Shown here piece after piece: positions 49,701-60,470 of a stretch of 64,000 bases of DNA. The notes below the pieces were generated by a model. The model was not told where the DNA came from, made no database searches, and saw nothing but the letters and a program-made list of their open reading frames with translations. Position 1 is the first letter of the stretch. Each line of letters begins with the position of its first letter. Both the position numbers and the translations under genes were made by a program. The DNA comes from Eledone cirrhosa (Eukaryota). The stretch is from NCBI GenBank assembly GCA_964016885.1, contig OZ024742.1, positions 186,001-250,000 on the forward strand, written 5' to 3'.

Positions 49701-50878
49701 GTAAATCATACACTCACCTATATACCACCAGGTAAACCATACACTCACCTGTAGACCACACACTCACCTGTATACCACCAGGTAAACCATACACTCACCT
49801 GTAGACCACACACTCACCTATATACCACCAGGTAAACCATACACTCACCTATATACCACCAGGTAAACCATACACTCACCTGTAGACCACACACTCACCT
49901 ATATACCACCAGGTAAATCATACACTCACCTGTATACCACCAGGTAAACCATACACTCACCTATATACCACCAGGTAAACCATACACTCACCTGTAGACC
50001 ACACACTCACCTGTATACCACCAGGTAAACCATACACTCACCTGTATACCACCAGGTAAACCATACACCCAGCTATATACCACCAGGTAAACCATACACT
50101 CACCTATATACCACCAGGTAAACCATACACTCACCTATATACCACCAGGTAAACCATACACTCACCTGTAGACCACACACTCACTTGTATACCACCAGGT
50201 AAACCATACACTCACCTGTATACCACCAGGTAAACCATACACTCACCTATATACCACCAGGTAAACCATACACTCACCTATATACCACCAGGTAAACCAT
50301 ACACTCACCTGTAGACCACACACTCACCTGTATACCACCAGGTAAACCATACACTCACCTGTATACCACCAGGTAAACCATACACTCACCTATATACCAC
50401 CAGGTAAACCATACACTCACCTGTATACCACCAGGTAAACCATACACTCACCTGTATACCACCAGGTAAACCATACACTCACCTGTATACCACCAGGTAA
50501 ACCATACACTCACCTGTATACCACCAGGTAAACCATACACTCACCTGTATACCACCAGGTAAACCATACACTCACCTGTATACCACCAGGTAAACCATAC
50601 ACTCACCTGTATACCACCAGGTAAACCATACACTCACCTGTATACCACCAGGTAAACCATACACTCACCTATATACCACCAGGTAAACCATACACTCACC
50701 TGTATACCACCAGGTAAACCATACACTCACCTGTATACCACCAGGTAAACCATACACTCACCTATATACCACCAGGTAAACCATACACTCACCTATATAC
50801 CACCAGGTAAACCATACACTCACCTATATACCACCAGGTAAACCATACACTCACCTGTATACCACAAGGTAGACCACA
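46750..50878. repeat. 31-bp minisatellite with interspersed 19-bp subunits (TAGACCACCAGGTAGACCACACACTCACCTG)
   Basis: Direct periodicity; consensus drifts to TATACCACCAGGTAAACCATACACTCACCTG on the right. Confidence 0.97.
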
Positions 50879-50989
50879 GACTTGTATTGATGGCTTATAC
50901 TGAAATACTGTTCTTGGGAGACAAAACTAGGGATAAATGTAAAAATAAGCTAAGAATTTCCCCCCAAATCACCGGAGGTGTATATATAT

Positions 50990-51310
50990 AATCATCATTT
51001 TACGTCTGCTTTTCCCTGCTTGCAAGGGTGGGACGGGAACTGATTTCTACAGCTGGATGCCCTTCCTAACTCTAACCTCATTTACAGTGAGTGGTGGGTG
51101 CTTTTTTTGCCGTGGCGCCTGCACGTCCACTTTACAGTGGAATGGTAGGGACCCCAGTCCTATCATCTCATTTCTACGGCTGAGTAAACTGGATCAATGT
51201 GAAATAAAGTGTCTTGCTCAAGGAAACAACACCTCACCCGGTCTGAGAATTGAACTCACAACCTTTCGATTGCAAGCCCAATGCTCTAGCCACTAAGCCA
51301 TATGCCTCCA
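50990..51310 (-). mobile_element. Composite of a SINE family-B head (51150-51310) and an RTE-type 3' tail (50990-51140)
   Basis: Minus strand GGAGGCATATGGCTTAGTGG A-box and GAGTTCAATTC B-box, then LINE 3'-UTR homology ending in (GAT)n. Confidence 0.7.
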
Positions 51311-51317
51311 TATATAT

Positions 51318-52307
51318 ATCATCATCATCATCATTTAACATCCATCTTCCACGCTTGCATGGGTTTGGATGGGAATTTTCCCACTTGAGGCAAGATCGGT
51401 TGTCTTGCTCATATAGGACTGTCTTATTTTTGTTAGAGGTGCCTACTGACTGTAGGTTTTGCTTTGTACTTAGGCAAGGTGGGTCTTCTGTGTTACTGTG
51501 TAGCGCCAAAGATCTCGGTCCAGTGACATTGTCTTGGAGAGGTGTAAGTGTGTGAGGTCGGAATTTATCAAGTCGTCCCAGGTTTTTCTGGGTCTGCCTA
51601 CTCCGTGGCTACCGTCTATTTTTATCGCCCTGCACTTTTTTATACAGCTGTCGTCTTTCATGCGCATCACGAGACCGTACCAACGTAGTCTTCTCTCAAG
51701 TAAACAACATCTGATCCCTCTTATTCCTAATTTCTCCCTTAGTTCGTTTATGCTTTGCGGTTCACGTATATTACTATTACACATCCAGCCGAGCATGCAA
51801 GCTTCGTTCCTCTCCAGTCTGCGTATATGCTCTGCACACAATGCCCAGGTCTCACTGCCATGTAACATTGCTGTTCGTATGCAGGCATCATGCAGCCTGC
51901 CTTTCATTTTTAGAGAGAACCCTTTAGCGGCCAATAGTGGTATAAGCTTTCTGAACTTTTTCCATCCCGTTCTGACTCTAGTTACTGTACTTTCAGAGCA
52001 CCCTCCACCACTGCTGATTTTGTCACCCAGGTAACGGAAGGTGTCCACTATTTCTATAGAACCATCTGTGCAATGGAATGAGCTAGTATTCTGTGGGCAC
52101 TTGCTGCTACTTATTGCACCTGAGCACCGGCCACATATAAAATCTATATTCTTAGTTAGCTTACCTGTGATCCCACTACATCTTTTATGCACCCATACTT
52201 TGCATTTGGGACATAAAATGGAGTTTCTGCCTACTCCTTTCCTACACACTGAGCATGGCCATTTCCCAGATGGGACCGGTGCCCTATTTTCCTTCCTACA
52301 AACTAGA
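51318..52307 (-). mobile_element. Third, heavily 5'-truncated copy of the PHD-RT RTE LINE with an internal 3'-UTR deletion
   Basis: Open frame from LVCRKENR to the stop at 51470, nearly identical to the 33803-35994 copy; (TA)n on both sides; lacks about 220 bp of 3' UTR. Confidence 0.95.
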
Positions 52308-52899
52308 TGGATATATATATATATATGAGAGAGAGAAAGATCTATATAGATACTTATATAGATATCTATATAGGTATATAGATATCCAGATGATAGCAAA
52401 CGACACAGTGTTTGCTACCTGTTGCTAACCAGTGAACTAATCTGCAAAGTCACACAAGAAATCCAAGAATCTGCTTAAAATTATGTCTGGACTAAGAGGT
52501 TCTTGCACCACCGGTTGTTGAAAAATCAGTTCTATATTTATATAACTGAAACAAAAAACTTAATAAATTTTGATTTTATATCTTTTAACACAATTAAAAT
52601 AAAGGAAGAAAGGAAATAGTTTTCTTTTAAATAAGGAAAAAATATAAAGGAAAAAAAATCAAAAATATATAAAATCTAATTTCAGTGAACTAGAAAAATT
52701 ATACTACTACATAAAAACACACACATCACACAAAAAATAAGGAATTTCTGAAAAAACTAACCAATAAACGAAGGAAATTCTAGGAGGAAAAACAAAGCAG
52801 TTAAACATTTTGGTGGAAATTTTGTTTTGGGGGAATAAGTTACAAACTTACATGCATAATTAGGGGGGGGGGGGGGGTCATGAAGGAAAAAATACTAAT

Positions 52900-53306
52900 A
52901 ATAATGGTTTCCAATTTAAGCACAAGGCCACCAATTTTTGAGGGGAAGAGGAAAGCCAATTAAATATACACCCACTCACTCCCACCTCAGTATATGACTG
53001 GTACTTTATCAACCCCACCCCTGATTGTATTTGAACACAGAAGTGTGCTGCTATTTGTTCCAGGTCCCTCTGATCTTGATTGAAATCCCACTGTGGGGAG
53101 GGGGTGGCAGCAGTCTGTAAAATATAACTGTTTCTACTTTTGGCACAAGGCCAGCAATTATCCCAGTGCATTACTGGTACTTTATTTTATCGACCCCGTA
53201 AGAATGAAAGGCAAAGTTAACCTCAACAGGATTTGAACTCAGATCATAAAGGGAGGTAACTATGCTTCAAAGCATGGCGTTCGACCCTCTACCGATATTG
53301 CCAATC
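52900..53306 (-). mobile_element. Two SINE family-A copies (degenerate 52900-53040; clearer 53128-53306)
   Basis: GGCACAAGGCCAGCAATT...CTGGTACTTTATTTTATCGACCCC...GGATTTGAACTCAGA. Confidence 0.85.
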
Positions 53307-53564
53307 CAAAAATATAATACCAGTCAAATACTGGCGAGAAATGAGAAGGGGGTGGGTCGATTTAATCGACTTTTCTTTTCCCTTGAAAATTACAAACCAT
53401 TAATAACAATAATAATAATGATGATGATGAAGAAGATGATAGTGAAGAGGTAGCTAAATAATCTAGCATGATACATAAAAATAGAAGTGCTCTGAAAGAG
53501 GAGGCATGCAACAAGATGACATATTCCACATGTGCATGGTCAGGAGGTTCTGGTGACATTGTTA

Positions 53565-53580
53565 GAAGAAGAAGAAGAAG

Positions 53581-53610
<30 letters not shown>
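53565..53610. repeat. (GAA)n microsatellite
   Basis: Direct inspection. Confidence 0.95.
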
Positions 53611-53612
<2 letters not shown>

Positions 53613-53767
53613 GTTAACAAAACAGAAAGAAAGATTCGAAGTGAAAAATTAATTAGCTAAGTTTGACTAGAAAAATAATAACAATAATTAATTGTAAATC
53701 ATTCATTAATAATAATGAGTAGCATTTGACTATGGAAAACTCTATAAGAGCCAGCCTGACATCTTAC

Positions 53768-53811
53768 CAGAATTAAGTCAGCCAATTGTGGATTACGAAG
53801 GGGTACGTGGT
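53768..53811 (-). other. Candidate 44-nt internal exon, probably of the TRIM transcription unit
   Basis: Strong acceptor TTTTGTTTCCTTTCTTTCCTGCAG| and donor CTG|GTAAGA; only one open frame, (D)[14 protein letters not shown]. Confidence 0.65.
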
Positions 53812-53871
53812 CTGCAGGAAAGAAAGGAAACAAAATAATGAAAGTGTCGACTGTTGGGTTAGGGTCAGTCC

Positions 53872-54172
53872 AACACACAGACATACATACACACACAGAA
53901 ACATACACCAACACACAGACATACACACACACACACAGACATACACACACAGACACACACCAACACAGACATACACGCACAGACATACGCACACACAGAC
54001 ATACACCAACACACAGACACACACATACACCAACACACAGACACACACATACACCAACACACAGACACACCAACACAGACATACACGCACAGACATACAC
54101 CAACACACAGACATACTTTCAGTACACATACACAGAGACACAAACATACACACACATACTCACACAAGACAC
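53872..54172. repeat. CA-rich degenerate repeat (CACACAGACATACAC-type)
   Basis: Direct inspection. Confidence 0.85.
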
Positions 54173-54218
54173 AAGTTCTTTAAGCAGGTTGTAAATTCTC
54201 AATGGAACAATGATGAAT

Positions 54219-55421
54219 TATTGTTACAACAGAAACATGTCCCTTTAATTAGTACTAAAGCAGAGACAGGATCCCTAAAGTAGCTATTGTTACAACAGAA
54301 ACATGTCCCTTTAATTAGTACTAAAACAGAGACAGGATCCCTAAAGTAGCTATTGTTACAACAGAAACATGTCCCTTTAATTAGTACTAAAACAGAGACA
54401 GGATCCCTAAAGTAGCTATTGTTACAACAGAAACATGTCCCTTTAATTAGTACTGAAACAGAGACAGGATCCCTAAAGTAGCTATTGCTACAACAGAAAC
54501 ATGTCCCTTTAATTAGTACTAAAGCAGAGACAGGATCCCTAAAGTAGCTATTGTTACAACAGAAACATGTCCCTTTAATTAGTACTGAAACAGAGACAGG
54601 ATCCCTAAAGTAGCTATTGCTACAACAGAAACATGTCCCTTTAATTAGTACTGAAACAGAGACAGGATCCCTAAAGTAGCTATTGTTACAACAGAAACAT
54701 GTCCCTTTAATTAGTACTAAAACAGAGACAGGATCCCTAAAGTAGCTATTGTTACAACAGAAACATGTCCCTTTAATTAGTACTAAAACAGAGACAGGAT
54801 CCCTAAAGTAGCTATTGTTACAACAGAAACATGTCCCTTTAATTAGTACTAAAACAGAGACAGGATCCCTAAAGTAGCTATTGTTACAACAGAAACATGT
54901 CCCTTTAATTAGTACTAAAACAGAGACAGGATCCCTAAAGTAGCTATTGTTACAACAGAAACATGTCCCTTTAATTAGTACTGAAACAGAGACAGGATCC
55001 CTAAAGTAGCTATTGCTACAACAGAAACATGTCCCTTTAATTAGTACTAAAGCAGAGACAGGATCCCTAAAGTAGCTATTGTTACAACAGAAACATGTCC
55101 CTTTAATTAGTACTGAAACAGAGACAGGATCCCTAAAGTAGCTATTGCTACAACAGAAACATGTCCCTTTAATTAGTACTGAAACAGAGACAGGATCCCT
55201 AAAGTAGCTATTGTTACAACAGAAACATGTCCCTTTAATTAGTACTAAAACAGAGACAGGATCCCTAAAGTAGCTATTGTTACAACAGAAACATGTCCCT
55301 TTAATTAGTACTGAAACAGAGACAGGATCCCTAAAGTAGCTATTGCTACAACAGAAACATGTCCCTTTAATTAGTACTAAAGCAGAGACAGGATCCCTAA
55401 AGTAGCTATTGCTACAACAGA
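54219..55421. repeat. 66-bp minisatellite, about 18 copies
   Basis: ATTGTTACAACAGAAACATGTCCCTTTAATTAGTACTAAAACAGAGACAGGATCCCTAAAGTAGCT. Confidence 0.98.
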
Positions 55422-55498
55422 GAGTCTCCTTAGTAAGGAGAAAACCCAAGACATTGTATTCACAGCATTATCCAACAAATTATCATTATTATTATTTT

Positions 55499-55842
55499 CG
55501 GTAGAGGGTCGGATGCCATGCTTTGACGCATAGAGTTACGGCCCTTGCCATTCTGAGTTCAAATCCCGCCGAGGTTAACTTTGCCTTTCATCCTTACGGG
55601 GTCGATAAAATAAAGTACCAGTAATGCACTGTTTCATTGCTGGCCCTGTGCCAAAAGTAGAAACAATTATTATTATTTTTCGTAAGGATGAAAGGCAAAG
55701 TTAAACTTGGCAGCCCTTGCTATTCTGAGTTCAAATCCAGCCGAGGGTAGCTTTGCCTTTTACCCTTATGGATGCGTTAAAATAAAGTACCAGTAATGCA
55801 CTGGAGTAATTGCTGGCCTTGTGCCAAAAGTAGAAACAATTA
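55499..55842 (+). mobile_element. Tandem pair of 5'-truncated SINE family-A copies with a short inverted core fragment (about 55681-55710) between them
   Basis: Two GAGTTCAAATCC...GTAGAAACAATTAT units; CGTAAGGATGAAAGGCAAAGTTAA is the reverse complement of the core. Confidence 0.85.
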
Positions 55843-55927
55843 TTTTTATCATTGTTGTTAAGCTGACATGTAAGAGAAAAATATAAAGAAAATTGTTTTT
55901 TAAATGATAAGAAACACTAAGGCATTA

Positions 55928-58900
55928 TGTGTTGGTGGTGTGTTGGTGGTGGTGGTGTGTTGGTGGTGGTGGTGTGTTGGTGGTGGTGTGTTGGTGGTGG
56001 TGGTGTGTTGGTGGTGGTGTGTTGGTGGTGGTGGTGTGTTGGTGGTGGTGTGTTGGTGTTGGTGGTGTGTTGGTGTTGGTGGTGTGTTGGTGTTGGTGGT
56101 GTGTTGGTGTTGGTGGTGTGTTGGTGTTGGTGGTGTGTTGGTGGTGGTGGTGTGTTGGTGGTGGTGTGTTGGTGGTGGTGTGTTGGTGGTGGTGGTGTGT
56201 TGGTGGTGGTGTGTTGGTGTTGGTGGTGTGTTGGTGTTGGTGGTGTGTTGGTGTTGGTGGTGTGTTGGTGTTGGTGGTGTGTTGGTGTTGGTGGTGTGTT
56301 GGTGGTGGTGGTGTGTTGGTGGTGGTGTGTTAGTGGTGGGGTGTTAGTGGTGGGGTGTTGGTGGTGATGGTGTGGTGATGATGTGTTGGTGGTGGTGGTG
56401 TGTTGGTGGTGGCGGTGGTGTGTTGGTGGTGGTGTGGTGGTGTGTTGGTGGTGTGTTGGTGGTGGTGGCGGTGGTGTGTTGGTGGTGGTGTGGTGGTGGT
56501 GTGTTGGTGGTGTGGTGGTGGTGTGGTGGTGGTGTGTTGGTGGTGTGTTGGTGGTGTGTTGGTGGTGGTGGCGGTGGTGTGTTGGTGGTGGTTTGGTGGT
56601 GGTGTGTTGGTGGTGGTGGTGTGTTGGTGATGTGTTGTGGTGGTGGTGTGTTGGTGATGTGTTGTGGTGGGGGTGTGTTGTGGTGGGGGTGTGCTGTGGT
56701 GGGGGTGGGTTGTGGTGGGGGGGTGTTGGTGGTGATGGTGTGTTGGTGGTGATGGTGTGTTGGTGGTGGTGGTGTGGTGGTGGTGTGTTGGTGTGTTGGT
56801 GGTGGTGTGTTGGTGTGTTGGTGGTGGTGTTGGTGGTGTGTTGGTGGTGGTGTTGGTGTGTTGGTGGTGTTGGTGTGTTGGTGATGGTGTGTTGGTGGTG
56901 GTGTGTTGGTGATGGTGGTGATGTGTTGGTGTCGGTGGTGTGTTGGTGTTGGTGGTGTGTTGGAGTTGGTGGTGTGTTGGTGGTGGTGGTGTGTTGGTGG
57001 TGGTGTGTTGGTGTTGGTGGTGTGTTGGTGTTGGTGGTGTGGTGGTGGTGTGTTGGTGGTGGTGGTGTGTTGGCGGGGGTGGTGTGTTGGCGGGGGTGGT
57101 GTGTTGGTGGTCGTGGTGTGTTGGTGGTGGTGTGTTGGTGATGGTGTGTTGGTGATGGCGTGTTGGTGGTGTGTTGGTGGTGGTGGTGTTGGTGGTGTGT
57201 TGGTGGTGGTGGTGTGTTGGTGGTGGTGGTGATGGTGTGCTGTTGTGTTGGTGGTGGTGGTGTGTTGGTGTGTTGGTGGTGGTGTGTTGGTGGTGGTGGT
57301 GGTGGTGTGTTGGTGGCGGTGTGGTGGTGTGTTGGTGGTGGTGGTGGTGGTGGTGTGTTGGTGGTGGTGTGTTGGTGGTGGTGTGTTGGTGGTGGTGTGT
57401 TGGTGATGGTGTGTTGGTGATGGTGTGTTGGTGGTGGTGGTGTTGGTGGTGTGTTGGTGGTGTTGTGTTGGTGGTGTTGTGTTGGTGGTAGTGTGTTTGT
57501 GGTGGTGGTGTGTTGGTGGTGGTGTGTTGGTGATGGTGTGTTGGCGGTGGTGTGTTGGTGGTGGTGGTGTATTGGTGGTGGTGGTGTGTTGGTGGTGGTG
57601 GTGTGTTGGTGGTGGTGGTGATGGTGTGCTGTTGTGTTGGTGTTGGTGGTGTGTTGGTGGTGGTGGTGTGTTGGTGGTGGTGGTGGTGGTGTGTTGGTGG
57701 TGCTGTGGTGGTGTTGGTGGTGGTGTGGTGGTGGTGGTGTGTTGGTGGTGGTGGTGTGTTAATGGTGGTGGTGGTGTGTTAATGGTGGTGGTGGTGTGTT
57801 GGTGTTGGTGGTGGTGTGTTGGTGTTGGTGGTGGTGTGTTGGTGTTGTGTTGGTGTTGGTGGTGTGTTGGTGTTGGTGGTGTGTTGGTGTTGGTGGTGTG
57901 TTGGTGTTGGTGGTGTGTTGGTGTTGGTGGTGTGTTGGTGTTGGTGGTGTGTTGGTGGTGGTGGTGTGTTGGCAGGGGTGGTGTGTTGGTGGTGGTGGTG
58001 TGTTCGTGGTGGTGGTGTGTTGGTGGTGGTGTGTTGGTGGTGGTGGTGGTGTGTTGGTGGTGGTGTGTTGGTGGTGGTGTGTTGGTGGTGGTGTGGTGGT
58101 GGTGTTGGTGGTGTGTTGGTGTTGGTGGTGGTGGTGTGTTGGTGGTGGTGGTGTGTTGGTGGTGGTATGTTGGTGGTGGTGGCGGTGGTGTGTTGGTGGT
58201 GGTGTGGTGGTGGTGGTGTGGTGGTGTGTTGGTGGTGGTGGTGGTGTGTTGGTGGTGGTGGTGTGTTGGTGGTGGTGTGGTGGTGGTGGTGTGTTGGTGG
58301 TGTGTTGGTGGTGGTGGCGGGTTGGTGGTGGTGTGGTGGTGGTGGTGTGTTGGTGGTGTGTTGGTGGTGGTGGTGTGTTGGTGGTGGTGGTGTGTTGGCG
58401 GGGGTGGTGTGTTGGCGGGGGTGGTGTGTTGGCGGGGGTGGTATGTTGGCGGTGGTGGTGTGTTGGTGTGTTGGTGGTGGTGTGGTGGTGGTGTGTTGGT
58501 GTGTTGGTGGTGGTGTGGTGGTGTGTTGGTGGTGGTGTTGGTGTGTTGGTGGTGGTGTTGGTGTGTTGGTGGTGGTGTTGGTGTGTTGGTGGTGGTGTTG
58601 GTGTGTTGGTGGTGGTGGTGTGTTGGTGATGGTGTGTTGGTGCTGGTGTATTGGTGGTGGTGGTGTGTTGGTGGTGGTGGTGGTGCGTTGGTGGTGGTGG
58701 TGTGTTGGTGGTGGTGTGTTGGTGGTGGTGGTGGTGTGTTGGTGGTGGTGTGTGTGTACGTGTGTGCTGCAAGTCTGTGTATGTATGTGTATGTACATGT
58801 GTGTATATATGTGTGTGTGTGTGAGTGTTACATGTATATGTGTATGTGTGTGTATTTGTTGTGGAATATATTGATCCAGTGTATGTGAAGTCAATAAGAA

Positions 58901-60470
58901 TATTATTGATGGTGGTGGTGTGTTGGTGTGGTGTTGGTGGTGTGTTGGTGGTGGTGGTGTGTTGGTGGTGGTGATGGTGTGTTGGTGGTGGTGGTGTGTT
59001 TGTGGTGGTGGTGTGTTTGTGGTGGTGGTGTGTTGTGGTGTGTTCTGGTGGGGTGGTGAGGGTGTGTTGGTGGTGGTGGTGGTGTGTTGGTGGTGGTGAT
59101 ATGTTGTTGGTGGTGGTGGTGGTGTGTTGGTGGTGATGGTGTGTTGTTGGTGGTGGTGGTGTGTTGGTGTTGGTGTGTTGGTGGTGGTGTGTTGGTGGTG
59201 GTGTGGTGGTGGTGTGTTGGTGCTGGTGGTGTGTTGGTGGTGGTGGTGTGTTGTGGTGGTGGTGTGTTGCGGTGGGGGTGTGTTGGTGGTGATGGTGTGT
59301 TGCGGTGGGGGTGTGTTGGTGGTGATGGTGTGTTGGTGGTGGTGGTGTGTTGGTGGTGGTGGTGTGTTGGTGGTGGTGGTGTGTTGGTGGTGGTGGTGTG
59401 TTGGTGGTGTGTTGGTGGTGTGTTGGTGGTGGTGGTGTGTTGGTGGTGGTGTGTTGGTGGTGGCGTGTTGGTGGTGGCATGTTTGTGATGGTGGTGTGTT
59501 GGTGGTGGTGGTGTGTTGGTGGTGGTGGTGTGTTGGTGGTGGTGTGGTGGTGTGTTGGTGGTGGTGTTGGTGTGTTGGTGGTGGTGGTGTGTTGGTGGTG
59601 GTGTTGGTGTGTTGGTGGTGGTGGTGTGTTGGTGGTGGTGGTGGTGTGTTGGTGGTGGTGGTGGAGGGGCGGATGGTGTATTGTTGGTGGTGGTGGTGTG
59701 TTGGTGGTGTTGTGTTGGTGGTGGTGCGTTGGCGGTGGTGGTGGTGTGTTGGTGGTGTGTTGGTGGTGGTGGTGTGTTGGTGGTGGTGTGGTGGTGGTGT
59801 GTTGGTGGTGGTGTGTTGGTGGTGATGTGTTGGTGGTGATGGTGTGTTGTTGGTGGTGTGTTGGTGGTGGTGTGTTGGTGGTGGTGTGTTGGTGGTGGTG
59901 TGTTGGTGGTGTTGTGTTGGTGGTGGTGTGTTGGTGTGTTGGTGGTGGTGTGTTGGTGGTGGTGTTGGTGTGTTGGTGGTGGCGTGTTGGTGATGGTGGC
60001 GTGTTGGTGATGGTGGCCTGTTGGTGATGGTGGTGTGTTGGTGGTGGTGTGTTGGTGATGGTGGTGTGTTGGTGATGGTGGTGTGTTGGTGGTGATGGTG
60101 GTGTGTTGCTGGTGTGTTGGTGGTGGTGGTGTGTTGGTGGTGGCGTGTTGGTGGTGGTGCTGGTGTGTTGGTGGTGGTGTTGGTATGTTGGTGGTGGTCA
60201 TGGTGTGTTGTTGGTGTTGGTGGTGTGTTGGTGATGTGTTGGTGGTGGTGGTGTTGGTGGTGGTGGTGTGTTGGTGGTGATGGTGTGTTGTTGGTGTTGG
60301 TGGTGTGTTGGTGATGTGTTGGTGATGTGTTGGTGTGTTGGTGGTGGTGGTGTGTCGGTGGTGTGTCGGTGTTGGTGGTGTGTTGGTGGAGTGTTGGTGG
60401 TGTGGGTGTGTTGATGGTGGTGCTGTGTTGGTGGAGGGGTGTTGGGGATGGTGTGTTGGTGGTGTTGGTG
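55928..60470. repeat. Degenerate (GGT)n/GTGTT simple repeat, about 4.5 kb, briefly interrupted at about 58750-58905
   Basis: Almost only G and T on the plus strand. Confidence 0.97.

Noticed and set aside
53362-53559. Minus-strand ORF MSPEPPDHAHVEYVILLH...
   Set aside because: Starts beside a (TTC)n microsatellite, runs into low-complexity sequence, and has no clear splice sites or homology.
54199-55449. 416-aa Cys-rich repeat ORF on the gene strand, possible metal-binding protein
   Set aside because: Coincides with the 66-bp array; variants are non-synonymous (N/S, L/S, V/A); no zinc-finger spacing or credible start.
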